A model generated the notes under the pieces. That model searched no databases, was not told the origin of the DNA, and worked only from the letters and a program-made list of their open reading frames with translations. From assembly GCA_963741945.1 (NCBI GenBank), contig CAVUKA010000004.1:1-64000 (forward strand): 64,000 bases of DNA. The letters run 5' to 3'. How positions within the stretch are numbered: position 1 is the first letter of the stretch; every line of letters begins with the position of its first letter. Shown here piece by piece: positions 38,287-48,507 of this stretch. Source of the DNA: an uncultured Gemmatimonadales bacterium (GTDB lineage Bacteria > Gemmatimonadota > Gemmatimonadetes > Longimicrobiales > RSA9). Both the position numbers and the translations under genes were made by a program.

Positions 38287-39798
38287 TCAACCTTCCTGAT
38301 CGATGACGACCGCCGCCATTTCCAGAGCCGCCGCCTTCGCGAGCGTTTCGGCGTATTCGCGCGACGGGTCGGAATCCGCCACCACGCCGGCGCCCGCCTG
38401 GACGTGCCCGCGGCCGCCCGTTCCGACGATCGTCCGGATGGCGATGGCGGTGTCGAGCGCGCCTCCACCATAGGCGATCCAGCCGACCGCGCCGGCATAC
38501 GGCCCCCGACGGGTGCGCTCCAGCTCGTCGATGATCTGCATGGCGCGCACTTTGGGCGCACCCGAGACCGTCCCGGCGGGGAACGTGGCGCGGAGGGCGT
38601 CGAAGCCGTCGAGCCCGTCGCGCAGCTGCCCATCGACCTGACTGACCATGTGGAGCACGTGGCTGTACCGTTCTACGGCCATGAGCTCCGACACCTGGAT
38701 GGACCCATAGCGGCAAACCCGGCCGAGATCGTTCCGCCCCAGATCGACGAGCATGAGGTGCTCGGCTCGCTCTTTCGGGTCGGCGAGGAGGTCGGCCTCG
38801 AGCGCGGCACCGTCCGCCTGGCCCCGTCCGCGGCGGCGGGTGCCGGCGATCGGCCGGACGGTGGCGCGGCCATCCCGGACGCGGACGAGGACCTCCGGAG
38901 ACGCACCGGCCAGGAAGAGGCCATCCAGCTCGAGGAAGTACATGTAGGGCGAGGGATTGAGGCGCCGCAGCCGGCGGTAGATCTCGAAGGGCGGAGCGGG
39001 GAGGTCGAAGTCGAGGCGCTGACTGAGCACCACCTGGAATGCGTCGCCGGCGGCGATGTACTCCTTGATGCGTGCGACGGAGGCTTCGAACTCCTCCCGT
39101 GGGAACGTGCTGCGGAACGCCGGCGCGCGTGCCCCGCCGCTTTCGAGGGCGCCCCATGACAGCGGCTCGGGCGCGTGGCCGCGCCGGAGGTCTGCCAGGG
39201 CGGCGTCGATGCGCTCAATGGCTGCGGAGTAGCTGCGCTGGAGGTCGGCGCGGGAGGCGTCGTCGCCAGTCTCCGCAGTGGTGATGACGTGGGCGCAGCT
39301 GTACGCGTTGTCGATCGCGAGCACCACATCGGTGAACACCAGGAGCGCATCCGGCAGCTCGAGGTCGTCCGGCGGGCTCTCGCCGAGCCGCTCGATGTGA
39401 CGGACCACGTCATAGCCCAGGAAGCCCACGGCTCCTCCCACGAAGGGGGGCAGCCCCTCCGGGGCGACGAGGACCTGGCCGCGTAGGCGCGCCACCAGGT
39501 CGTCGAGGGGAGCAGGGGTGTCGCCTCCGGGCGCGGCCCAGCCGCCGTCGGGCGTCCAGCGCTCGACCCGGTCGCGCTCCAGCTTCCACGCCTCACGCGG
39601 CCGGGTGCCCAGGAACGTCCAGCGGCCCCACTGCTCGCCACCCGTGACGGACTCCAGCAGGAAGGAGAAGGGCGGGCGGGCCAGGCGCGCGTACGCGGTG
39701 ACGGCGGTGTCCGTGTCGAACGGGACTTCGCGGGCCACGGCCACGAGGGAGCCGCGTCGCGCCAGAGCGCAGAAGGTGTCGAAGTCGGGTCGGATCAT
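38287..39798 (-). CDS. trpE: Anthranilate synthase component I
   Basis: FLLES, GDAFQVVLSQR, NPSPYM, ASPE, PIAGT, AEHLMLVDLGRND, FPAGTVSGAPKVRAM, QAGAGVVADS. Start ATG 39798. Confidence 0.93.
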   Translation of the reverse strand: MIRPDFDTFCALARRGSLVAVAREVPFDTDTAVTAYARLARPPFSFLLESVTGGEQWGRWTFLGTRPREAWKLERDRVERWTPDGGWAAPGGDTPAPLDDLVARLRGQVLVAPEGLPPFVGGAVGFLGYDVVRHIERLGESPPDDLELPDALLVFTDVVLAIDNAYSCAHVITTAETGDDASRADLQRSYSAAIERIDAALADLRRGHAPEPLSWGALESGGARAPAFRSTFPREEFEASVARIKEYIAAGDAFQVVLSQRLDFDLPAPPFEIYRRLRRLNPSPYMYFLELDGLFLAGASPEVLVRVRDGRATVRPIAGTRRRGRGQADGAALEADLLADPKERAEHLMLVDLGRNDLGRVCRYGSIQVSELMAVERYSHVLHMVSQVDGQLRDGLDGFDALRATFPAGTVSGAPKVRAMQIIDELERTRRGPYAGAVGWIAYGGGALDTAIAIRTIVGTGGRGHVQAGAGVVADSDPSREYAETLAKAAALEMAAVVIDQEG

Positions 39799-39808
39799 GG
39801 GTCGGGCG

Positions 39809-39837
39809 AATGTCGGGGAACGTGGACGGAGTGTCAA
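39809..39837 (-). promoter_or_regulatory. trpE promoter TTGACA-N17-GACATT
   Basis: Consensus -35 with 17-nt spacing, 10 nt upstream of the ATG, no SD. Confidence 0.55.
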
Positions 39838-39997
39838 TCTGCGGGTACGGCCCGCCGCCAGCGTCCATGGTGCGGCCGTGCCCGCTGCCACACATTGCCG
39901 ACGTTTGGGACGAGGCCGCGAGGCGCCGCGGGGTTCGGGGTGGCGAGCGCCGGCGTGGCCCGGGGCAGGCACGAACCAGCCGGAGCGGGAGAAACGG

Positions 39998-41974
39998 ATG
40001 GCGGAAAGCGCGAAGGTCGCCCTCGTGGCCGTGGACACGGGGGGCACGTTCACGGACGTGGTGGCGCTGCTGGGCGACCGCCTGGTGGTGGTGAAAGTGC
40101 CCTCGACCCCGTCCGATCCCGCGCGCGCGGTCCTGGAGGGAGTCGCGGAGGTGGGCCCGGGCGCGCGCTGGGTGCTGGTTCACGGCTCCACGGTGGCGAC
40201 GAACACGTTGCTCGAGCGGACGGGCGCGCGGGTGGCGCTGGTCACGAACCGTGGGTTCGAGGACGTGATCGAGATCGGTCGCCAGAATCGTCCCCAGCTC
40301 TACGCCCTGGTGGGCCACAGGCCGCCTCCGCTGGTGGACCGGCGCGACCGTCACGGGTTGGCGGGCCGGCTGGGCCCCGCGGGCGACGAGGAGGAGCCAC
40401 TCGACGAGGGCGAGCTGGCGACACTGCCGGAGCAGCTTTCCGGCGTGGACTCCGTGGCGGTTTGCCTGCTCCACAGCTACGCGGAACCCGCGCACGAGGA
40501 GCGGGTCGCCGCGGCACTGGCGGGCGCCGGGATTCCCGTTTCCGTGTCCTCCCGCCTGCTCCCCGAGTACCGGGAATACGAGCGCGCTGCCACGACAGTG
40601 GTGAACGCGTACGTCGCGCCGCGAATGGAGCGCTACCTGGGTCGCCTGGAAGCGGAGTCCGGCGCCGAGCGGGTGCGGGTGATGGGCTCGAGCGGCGGCG
40701 CCATCCCGGTCGCGCGGGCGCGGCGCGAGCCGGTGCACACGGTGCTCAGCGGGCCCGCGGGCGGGGTCGTGGGCGCGCTCCGGGTGGCCCGGGACGCCGG
40801 CGTTTCCGCCATTCTGACGTTCGACATGGGAGGCACATCCACGGACGTGTCCCTCTGCCCGGGCGCTCCCCTGCACACGCGGGAGTTCACCATTGCCGGT
40901 GTCCCCGTGGCGGTCCCGGTGATCGACATCCACACGGTGGGTGCCGGCGGAGGCTCGATCGCGGGCGTGGATGCGGGCGGTGCGCTCCGGGTGGGGCCGC
41001 GCAGCGCGGGCGCCGATCCCGGCCCGATCTGCTACGGCCGCGGCGGTCGCAAGGTCACGGTGACGGACGCGAACGTCTGGCTCGGCCGTCTCCCCGCCGA
41101 TGCGTTTCTCGGCGGCAAGGCCGCGCTGGACCGCGCGGCAGTGGGCAAGCCACTGGAGGGGCTGTCTGCGCAGCTCGGGGTGTCGCCCATGGACGCGGCG
41201 GAGGGGGTGGTGGCGGTGGTGAACACGGCCATGGAGGGAGCCCTCCGGGTGATCAGCGTGGAGCGGGGCTACGACCCCGCTGACTTCGCCCTGGTTCCGT
41301 TCGGCGGCGCGGCCGGCCTCCACGCGGTGGAGCTGGCGGAACGGCTGGGCATTCCGCACCTGCTCGTGCCACCGGACCCCGGAGTCCTCTCGGCGCTCGG
41401 GATGCTGGTCTCGCCCGTGCGGAAGGACGCATCTCGCACGGTTCTCCTCCGTGATGGAGAGGCCTCTGCGGCATTGGTGGCGGAAGCGTTCGATGCGCTG
41501 CAGGCCGCCGCGCTCGCGGCGATGGAAGCGGAAGGCATCAATGCTGCAGAGGTCACGGTCCAGCGTCTGGCCGACGTCCGCTACGTGGGGCAGAGCTTCG
41601 AGCTCAGGGTGCCGGCCGACGGCTGGTCGGAGAACTTCGAGCGGGCCCACGAAGCGCGCTACGGCTTCAGGCGGGCGGGAGCGGGGGTGGAGCTGGTGAC
41701 GGTGCGGGTGGAAGCGACAGGACCCTCCCGTCCCACGCCCGCCCGCCCCCCGGCACCCCCGCCCGGCGCGGCCAGGGGCCGGCGGGTGCCGGTCCGGTTC
41801 CGCGGCGAAGAGGTGGACGCCGAAGCAGTGCCCCGTTCGGCGCTGGAGCCGGGTGCGACCGTGGAGGGTCCGGCGATCATCCACGAGTACAGCGCCACGT
41901 TCTGGCTCCCGCCTGCCTGGGGCGCCGAGGCTCTGCCAGCGGGAAGCCTTTCGGTGCGCAGGGACGCGGGATGA
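39998..41974 (+). CDS. Hydantoinase A / 5-oxoprolinase N-terminal-type subunit
   Basis: DTGGTFTD, HGSTVATN, SGPAGG, DMGGTSTD, GAGGGS, SAGADPGP, FGGAAGLHA. Confidence 0.93.
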   Translation: MAESAKVALVAVDTGGTFTDVVALLGDRLVVVKVPSTPSDPARAVLEGVAEVGPGARWVLVHGSTVATNTLLERTGARVALVTNRGFEDVIEIGRQNRPQLYALVGHRPPPLVDRRDRHGLAGRLGPAGDEEEPLDEGELATLPEQLSGVDSVAVCLLHSYAEPAHEERVAAALAGAGIPVSVSSRLLPEYREYERAATTVVNAYVAPRMERYLGRLEAESGAERVRVMGSSGGAIPVARARREPVHTVLSGPAGGVVGALRVARDAGVSAILTFDMGGTSTDVSLCPGAPLHTREFTIAGVPVAVPVIDIHTVGAGGGSIAGVDAGGALRVGPRSAGADPGPICYGRGGRKVTVTDANVWLGRLPADAFLGGKAALDRAAVGKPLEGLSAQLGVSPMDAAEGVVAVVNTAMEGALRVISVERGYDPADFALVPFGGAAGLHAVELAERLGIPHLLVPPDPGVLSALGMLVSPVRKDASRTVLLRDGEASAALVAEAFDALQAAALAAMEAEGINAAEVTVQRLADVRYVGQSFELRVPADGWSENFERAHEARYGFRRAGAGVELVTVRVEATGPSRPTPARPPAPPPGAARGRRVPVRFRGEEVDAEAVPRSALEPGATVEGPAIIHEYSATFWLPPAWGAEALPAGSLSVRRDAG

Positions 41975-42025
41975 CGTTCGAGGGCCAGGGACATCCACAA
42001 TCAGTGAACTGGACGGAGGTGGAGG

Positions 42026-42658
42026 ATGAGAACGGTGAACACGACGGTGGCGACCGCCGCAGCTCTGGTCATGCTTGCCTCGCCGGCAGCCGCCCAGGCG
42101 CCCGGACTCGAGGTGAAGCTGAACCCGCGGATCGGCCTGTACGAGCCTCTGACGAAGCTCACGGACGCGCCGAACGCGGTGACGGAGATGAAGGGGAGTC
42201 TGGCCGTGGGGCTGGGCCTCGAGCTCCGGTTCGGCGCATCGCCGTTCGGCATACGCGCCAACATGGACTACGCCACGAGCTCCAGTGTGGAAACCAGCTC
42301 GGGCGGCGTGACACTGGGCGACTCGCCGGACGCCACACTGCTCGCGGTGGTGGGCGACGTCGTGCTCCGTCCGCTCCCCCGGCTCCCGGTGGTCAAGCCG
42401 TACCTCTTCGCCGGTGGCGGCCTGAAGCAGTATGATGTGACGGCGAGCAGCGTAACGTACGAGTCGTTCAAGAACGAGAGCGATCTGACCGTCCACCTCG
42501 GCGGCGGGCTCGATCTGGGCCTGGGGCCCTTCGCCCTGAATGCGGAAGTGGGGGACTATGTCAGCTGGTCCGACTTCCGGTCGACTGCGGGCGAGACGGA
42601 CAAGAAGACGCAGCACGACCTCTTCGTCACGATCGGCCTCGCCATCGGCATGCTCTGA
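42026..42658 (+). CDS. Small outer-membrane beta-barrel protein
   Basis: Signal peptide ending PAAA-Q; KPYLFAGGG, HLGGGLDL; terminal amphipathic strand; SD GGAGG. Confidence 0.8.
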   Translation: MRTVNTTVATAAALVMLASPAAAQAPGLEVKLNPRIGLYEPLTKLTDAPNAVTEMKGSLAVGLGLELRFGASPFGIRANMDYATSSSVETSSGGVTLGDSPDATLLAVVGDVVLRPLPRLPVVKPYLFAGGGLKQYDVTASSVTYESFKNESDLTVHLGGGLDLGLGPFALNAEVGDYVSWSDFRSTAGETDKKTQHDLFVTIGLAIGML

Positions 42659-42758
42659 TCGGCGGCCGGGCCGCGGCCGCCGCCTGTTGAGCGGTCGCGG
42701 CCCCCGCCGTTAGCTTGGGGCCTCGTCGCACGACCCGACTCTGTCCCGGCTCATACGG

Positions 42759-45140
42759 ATGAACGACACGACAATGGCGGAGCAGTCCTCCACCGCGGCG
42801 CTCCGTGACCACCTGGAGTACCGCCCCCCGTACCTGGGCGCGGCGCTCGCCGCGCTCGCGGTGTGGATCCTGTACGCGGTCACGCTGGCGCCCAGCACGG
42901 CGTTCTGGGACACCAGCGAGTACATCGCCACCGCCCACATCCTCGGCATCCCGCACCCGCCGGGGAACCCGACCTTCGTCGTGCTCGCCCGCGCCTGGGA
43001 GCTGCTGCTCGCGCCGTTCGGCCTGTCCGTGGCCGTCCGGATCAACCTGTTCAGCGCCACCATGGGCGCGCTGGCCCATGGGTGCTGGTTCCTCGTGGCG
43101 CACCGGATCGTGTCGTCGTTCACGCGCGATCGGAAGCTCCGCCTCCTCGGCGCCGCGCTGGCCGTCCTGGTCAGCGCCACCGCATTCACGGTATGGGCGC
43201 AGTCGAACGTGAACGAGAAGGTGTACACGGTCTCGCTCTTCACCATCGCGCTGCTGAGCTGGCTCGCGTTCCTGTGGCGCGACAACCTGGGGAAAGGCAA
43301 GGATGACAACCTCATCCTCCTCATGGTCTTCATCCTCGCCCTCTCGGTGGGGAACCACCTCATGGCCTTTCTCGCGGCCCCGGCCATCCTGGTCTTCATC
43401 CTGCTCGTCGAGCCCCGCACGCTCCTGAACTGGAAGCTGTACGCGTTCGGCGCCGCCGTGGCGATCCTCGGGCTCTCGATCCATCTGTTCCTGCCGATCC
43501 GCGCTTCGCTCCACCCGGTGATCAACGAGGCCGACCCGAGCACCTGGCACGCCCTCCTCGAGTCGCTCGCACGCAAGCAGTACGACAAGCCATCGGTGTT
43601 CACCAATCCCACCGACCTGGCCATGCCGCGCAGTGTGCCGCTGATCCTCGCGCAGATCGGCAACTACCTCCAGTACTTCGACTGGCAGTGGGCCCGGGGT
43701 CTCAACTTCGCCCAGTCGCTGTTCGGCGGCATCGGTCAGAATCCGCCGGGCGGCGCGCCGGTCCGGCCGCTCGTGACACTGCTCTTCGTGATGCTGGGCG
43801 TCTACGGCGCCTACGAGCACTTCGTGCGCGACCGGATCAGCTGGTGGTACATGGTGATCCTCTTCGCCACGGTCTCCATCGGCCTCGTCGGATACCTGAA
43901 CTTCAAGTACGGCTACACATTCCCGCAGCCGGGGCCGGGCTACAACATCGAGATGCACGAAGTCCGCGAGCGGGACTACTTCTTCATTGTCAGCTTCAGC
44001 GTCTGGGGACTGTGGGCGGGGCTCGGGATCTTCACGTTCTGGCGACGCCTGGCCGAAGTGCTCGGGGAGCGCGCGCGTTCCCTGGCCACCGCCACGCAAC
44101 GCGCCGCGGCCGCGTCGCCCGTGCTGGTGCTCGCCTTCCTCCCGCTGCTCCTCAACTGGAAGTACGCCGACCGCAGCAACCAGTACATGGCCCGCGACTG
44201 GGCCTACAACATGCTCATGAGCGTGGAGCCGTACGGCGTTCTCTTCACCAACGGCGACAACGACACGTTCCCGCTCTGGTACGTGCAGGAAGTGGAAGGG
44301 ATCCGGCGCGACGTGACCGTGATCGTCATGAGCTACCTGAACACGCCGTGGTACGCCAAGCAGGTGAAGGCCCTGACCGAGCCGTGCGCCGAAGGCGTGA
44401 ACCCGCTTGCGGATCCCACCCGGATCATCTGCCAGCGCCCCTTCCAGCCGGAGAAGGAAGCGGAAGTCTACGCGGCTCACGCCGGCTCGCCGCTGGACAG
44501 CGCCGGCGCGCCAGTGAAGGGGATGGCCCGCGCGGTGTGGACCCGCCCCGGGCGTTCGATCCTGTCCATGTCGAACGCGCGCATCGACTCGATCCCCGAT
44601 GTCTATGCGGCCAACCCGTACAACTTCCTGATCCAGGACCCGGTCCAGCTCAGGGCGGACAGCCTCCGCTTCACCATCCCCGGCAACCGCGTCCTCCTCC
44701 CGGCGGACGTGTTCATGCTGAACATCATTCAGAGCTCGCTCGGGGACCGGCCGATCTACTTCGCCACCACCACCCAGGCGTACGACCGGGTCGGGCTCAC
44801 GGGCCACCTTCTGCGTCAGGGGCTGGCCCTCAAGCTGTTCGACGGCGACCTGAAGGCCGACACCGCCGCGGGCATCTTCGCAATCCCTGCCAGCGCCCAG
44901 ATCCCGGGCAGCTTCGTAGACCTCCCGGCCACCGACACGCTCCTCTGGAACGTGTTCGTGCACCGCGGCGGCATCCCGGACAGGTGGGACTTCTGGCCCG
45001 AGCCGTCCACGAAGAACATCCCGTGGTATTACGTCTACGCCCACTACGCGGCCTACACCGCCCACGTGCAGCAGGGGGAGGAGGAGAAAGCGCAGCGGCA
45101 CTACGACCGGATGGAAGCGTGGACCAGACTGGCCCAGTAG
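42759..45140 (+). CDS. DUF2723 / TMEM260-like GT-C membrane glycosyltransferase
   Basis: TLAPSTAFWDTSEYI, GIPHPPGNP, ERDYFF, FTNGDNDTFPLWYVQEVEGIRRDV; many TM helices. Confidence 0.9.
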   Translation: MNDTTMAEQSSTAALRDHLEYRPPYLGAALAALAVWILYAVTLAPSTAFWDTSEYIATAHILGIPHPPGNPTFVVLARAWELLLAPFGLSVAVRINLFSATMGALAHGCWFLVAHRIVSSFTRDRKLRLLGAALAVLVSATAFTVWAQSNVNEKVYTVSLFTIALLSWLAFLWRDNLGKGKDDNLILLMVFILALSVGNHLMAFLAAPAILVFILLVEPRTLLNWKLYAFGAAVAILGLSIHLFLPIRASLHPVINEADPSTWHALLESLARKQYDKPSVFTNPTDLAMPRSVPLILAQIGNYLQYFDWQWARGLNFAQSLFGGIGQNPPGGAPVRPLVTLLFVMLGVYGAYEHFVRDRISWWYMVILFATVSIGLVGYLNFKYGYTFPQPGPGYNIEMHEVRERDYFFIVSFSVWGLWAGLGIFTFWRRLAEVLGERARSLATATQRAAAASPVLVLAFLPLLLNWKYADRSNQYMARDWAYNMLMSVEPYGVLFTNGDNDTFPLWYVQEVEGIRRDVTVIVMSYLNTPWYAKQVKALTEPCAEGVNPLADPTRIICQRPFQPEKEAEVYAAHAGSPLDSAGAPVKGMARAVWTRPGRSILSMSNARIDSIPDVYAANPYNFLIQDPVQLRADSLRFTIPGNRVLLPADVFMLNIIQSSLGDRPIYFATTTQAYDRVGLTGHLLRQGLALKLFDGDLKADTAAGIFAIPASAQIPGSFVDLPATDTLLWNVFVHRGGIPDRWDFWPEPSTKNIPWYYVYAHYAAYTAHVQQGEEEKAQRHYDRMEAWTRLAQ

Positions 45141-45163
45141 CCCGGCCGGCGCTGGGCGCGGCC

Positions 45164-46021
45164 ATGGTCATCGGGGCTGCCTCGCTCTGGGGCAGCCTCG
45201 GTCTTTTCGGCCGCCTCGCATTCCAGCACGGCGCAGCGCCACTCGAAGTCGGATCCATCCGCGCCGCCCTCGCCTTCCTCGGCGTCCTCCCCCTCGCCCT
45301 CGCCCGACCCGGGCGCCTCCGCGTCCGCCCCGCCGACATCCCCCTGCTCCTGGGGTACGGCGCCGTTGGCGTGGGATTCTTCTACTACGTCTATCTCGAA
45401 GCCGTGGCCCGCCTGCCGCTGGCCGTGGCCGCGGCGCTCCTCTACACCGCGCCCGCCTTTGTCGTGGCGCTGGCGTGGACGCTCCGCTGGGAGCCCGTCC
45501 GACCGCGGCGCCTGCTCCCGCTCGCAATGGTGATCCTCGGAGCGTTCCTGGCGACGGGCGCCTTCCGGGCGCTGGGCGGCGTGAGCGCGGTCGGCGTGGC
45601 GGCCGGGCTGGCCAGCGGGGTGGCGTACGCGCTCTACACGGTGGTGGGGAAGCGCATCCGGGCGCGGTACAGCGTCCTCACCACCATCGTCTACGCCTAC
45701 GGCGTGGGCGCGCTCGTGCTCGCATTCGCTTCGCCGCCCTGGACCGTCCTGGTCGAGCACCCCGACGCCACCGGCGTGCTGCTCCTCATGGGGCTCGGCC
45801 CGACGCTGCTCGCCGCGCTCCTGTTCTACGGGGGGCTCCGCCACATCGACGCGAGCGCCGCCAGCATGCTGGCCACCATCGAGCCCGTGGTGGCCGCCCT
45901 CCTCGGGCTGGCGTGGCTGGGAGAAGCACTGCCCTGGACCACGGCGGCCGGCACGGCGCTGGTGGTGGCGGCGGCAGTGATGCTGCGCCCCGGGACGCGC
46001 CCGGCGGCGAAGCCGACGTAG
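45164..46021 (+). CDS. EamA/DMT family transporter
   Basis: About 10 TM helices; LLYTAPAFV, GLASGVAYALY, ASMLATIEPVVA, LGE. Alternative start GTG 45119. Confidence 0.88.
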   Translation: MVIGAASLWGSLGLFGRLAFQHGAAPLEVGSIRAALAFLGVLPLALARPGRLRVRPADIPLLLGYGAVGVGFFYYVYLEAVARLPLAVAAALLYTAPAFVVALAWTLRWEPVRPRRLLPLAMVILGAFLATGAFRALGGVSAVGVAAGLASGVAYALYTVVGKRIRARYSVLTTIVYAYGVGALVLAFASPPWTVLVEHPDATGVLLLMGLGPTLLAALLFYGGLRHIDASAASMLATIEPVVAALLGLAWLGEALPWTTAAGTALVVAAAVMLRPGTRPAAKPT

Positions 46022-46074
46022 CCGGAACCGACAGCCGGGCGTCGACGTCAGGGGGTGCCCCCGGTATGGAGTGG

Positions 46075-48507
46075 TCAACCGATCCCGGCCACCTGCATCA
46101 GCTCGTGGGGGTCGGCGGCGTCCACCCGACTGGCGCCCGTGCGCTCGTCGAACACGCACCGGATGACCTGGTCCATGCCGTCGCGGATCCCCTCGATGTG
46201 CGTGATGAGGATGACCTGCTCGAAGCGGCCGGTGAGGGTGTGCAGCAGCTGGATGACATTGTCGCGGCGCTCCACGTCCAGCGAACCGAACACTTCATCC
46301 AGGATCAGCACGCCAACCGGGTGGCCCGCTCGCTCCGCGATCATCTGGCTGATGGCCAGCCGCAGCACCAGGTTGGCGATGTCCTCCTCGCCACCACTGA
46401 TCACCGGCTTCTCCTCGCCCTCATCCAGCACCAGGACGTTGTACGCGTCGTCGATCTCCAGCGCCGCGTAGCGTCCGGCCGTGATTTCGGACAGGAACGC
46501 GCTGGCCAGCTCACTCAGCTCCGGGCGGACCCGGGTGTTGAGCTCGACCCGGAGCTGGCTGAACGCGGTGTCCAGCTCACTGTTGTGCAGTCGCTCCAGC
46601 TCCAGGGCATCCAGGACCGCCTTCTTCCGCGCGTAGTCCGCCTCGGCGTGCTCGGCCGCCCGCACGGCCTCATCTGCGGCATCCAGCCGACCGTTCGCCT
46701 CCGTGAGCCGGAGCTCTCCGCGCCGCACGTCCTCGACCGCCCGCTCGTGCTCGCGCCGCACCGCCTCGTGCGCTGCCGGGTCGAACTCCAGGGCCGTCAG
46801 CGCTTCGCGGGCGGCACGGCCCCGTGCCTCCGCCGCCGAGCGCCGGTCAGCGGCCTCGCGCCGCTCCCGCTCCACCGGCTCCCGACGGAACACGACGGCT
46901 TCCAGGCCCGTGGCCTTCCGCTCCACTTCCCGCAGGCTCTCCAGCCGCTGCTCGGCCGCGCGGTGCGCTGCGACGTCGTAGCCGGCGGGGATCGCCGCCA
47001 GGTCCACCCTCTGCCGCTCCAGCCGCTCCCGCTTGCGCGCGAGATCCACCCGCAGCTTTTCCGCCTCCTCGGCCGCCTGTTGGGACCGGCTCAGCTTCTC
47101 GGCCCTGGACTCGATCGCGGCCTGGAGCTCCGCCCGTCGGCTTTCCGCCTCCTCCAGCGCTGTGGGCTTCTGCTCCAGCTGCGCTTCGCGTTTCTTGAGC
47201 CACTTGCCATCCTGCACCAGCGACTCCCACTCGTCCTCGAGTGACCGCAGCACCTGGTCGTAGTGGTCGTGCAGCGGACGACCACACGTGGGGCACGTCC
47301 CCTCCGCCCCCGCCTCCCGGAGCTGGTCCAGCTGCTGCTGCAGCTCCGCGGTGCGGTCCTTGTACGTCTGCAGGCGCGTCCGGGCCTCCTGCCGGTCCTG
47401 CTGCCACGCGTCCCGCTCCCGCTCCGCGCGCGGCTCCACTTCCGCCAGCTCGCCGCGCAGCGCCTCCAGCTCGGCCAGGAACCGCTCGACGAACTCCGGC
47501 GCGCGGGACAGCGTCGCCAGCCGAAGCTCCCCCTCCTCGATCTCGCCACCGAGATGCCGTACCGCCTCGTCCAGTACGCGACGCCGCTCCTCGAGCCGCG
47601 CCAGCTCCGACAGCCGCTCGCACTCGCGGGCCACGTCGGGCAGCACAGCCAGGTCCGTGGCCAGCCCCGCCCGCGTCCGCTCCGCGGCGACGACCGCCTC
47701 CAGCTCCTCCTCCGCCCGTGAAACGGCTCGCGCGGCGTCGCGGTATTCCTGGGCGGCCATTTCCCGCTCGTGCTCCAGCTCCGCGGCCTCCTGTCGGGAC
47801 GCCCCGACCCGCTCCCATCTCGGCGCCACGGTCTCCAGTGCCTGCCGCGCCCGCCCGAGCTCGCGGCGCGCCGCCTCCACTGCCGACCGCGCCTCCTCGC
47901 GCCGGCCGCGCGCGCTTTCCATCTCCGACCGCAGCGCCGAGGGATCCGCCATCCCGGCGCGCAGCCCCTCGATCTCGTGGCGCAGGTCATTGCGCCGTGT
48001 CCGCGCTCGCTCCTGCGCCAGCCGGAGCCGTTCGTAGCCCAGCACCTGGGCGAAGAACCGGCCGCGGTCGGCGGGCCCCATCTGCGCCAGGAACTGCAGC
48101 TCCTTCTGGCCGGTGAAGTAGGTGTTGAAGAACTCGTCGCGGGTCATCCGGAGACCGCGCTGCAGGTAGTCGGATGCGCCGCGGAGCGTGGTGGCCACGG
48201 GATCGTCGCCACCATCGAGGAACACCTCGGCCGTGGTGAGTGTCCGGACCACGCGGTAGGCGTGCCCGCCCAGCCCGAACTCCAGCTCCACGCGCACCGG
48301 GCTGCGCGGCTCGGCCCGGGCGAAGCGGATGGTCTCGTTCGTCCCCCGCGCCGCCGGCGCGCCGTAGATGGCCCACGCGATGGCCTCGAGCAGCGTGCTC
48401 TTGCCGGCCCCGTTCGGGCCGATGATCCCGGTCACGCCCGACCGGAACTCGATGCGGGTGTCCGCGTGCTGCCGGAAGTTCAGGAGGTGGAGCCGGTCCA
48501 GTCTCAC
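46075..48507 (-). CDS. sbcC: SbcC/Rad50 SMC-like ATPase
   Basis: GPNGAGKS, long coiled coil with zinc hook CPTCG, SGGE signature, ILDEVFGSLD, ITH. Confidence 0.93.
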   Translation of the reverse strand: MRLDRLHLLNFRQHADTRIEFRSGVTGIIGPNGAGKSTLLEAIAWAIYGAPAARGTNETIRFARAEPRSPVRVELEFGLGGHAYRVVRTLTTAEVFLDGGDDPVATTLRGASDYLQRGLRMTRDEFFNTYFTGQKELQFLAQMGPADRGRFFAQVLGYERLRLAQERARTRRNDLRHEIEGLRAGMADPSALRSEMESARGRREEARSAVEAARRELGRARQALETVAPRWERVGASRQEAAELEHEREMAAQEYRDAARAVSRAEEELEAVVAAERTRAGLATDLAVLPDVARECERLSELARLEERRRVLDEAVRHLGGEIEEGELRLATLSRAPEFVERFLAELEALRGELAEVEPRAERERDAWQQDRQEARTRLQTYKDRTAELQQQLDQLREAGAEGTCPTCGRPLHDHYDQVLRSLEDEWESLVQDGKWLKKREAQLEQKPTALEEAESRRAELQAAIESRAEKLSRSQQAAEEAEKLRVDLARKRERLERQRVDLAAIPAGYDVAAHRAAEQRLESLREVERKATGLEAVVFRREPVERERREAADRRSAAEARGRAAREALTALEFDPAAHEAVRREHERAVEDVRRGELRLTEANGRLDAADEAVRAAEHAEADYARKKAVLDALELERLHNSELDTAFSQLRVELNTRVRPELSELASAFLSEITAGRYAALEIDDAYNVLVLDEGEEKPVISGGEEDIANLVLRLAISQMIAERAGHPVGVLILDEVFGSLDVERRDNVIQLLHTLTGRFEQVILITHIEGIRDGMDQVIRCVFDERTGASRVDAADPHELMQVAGIG

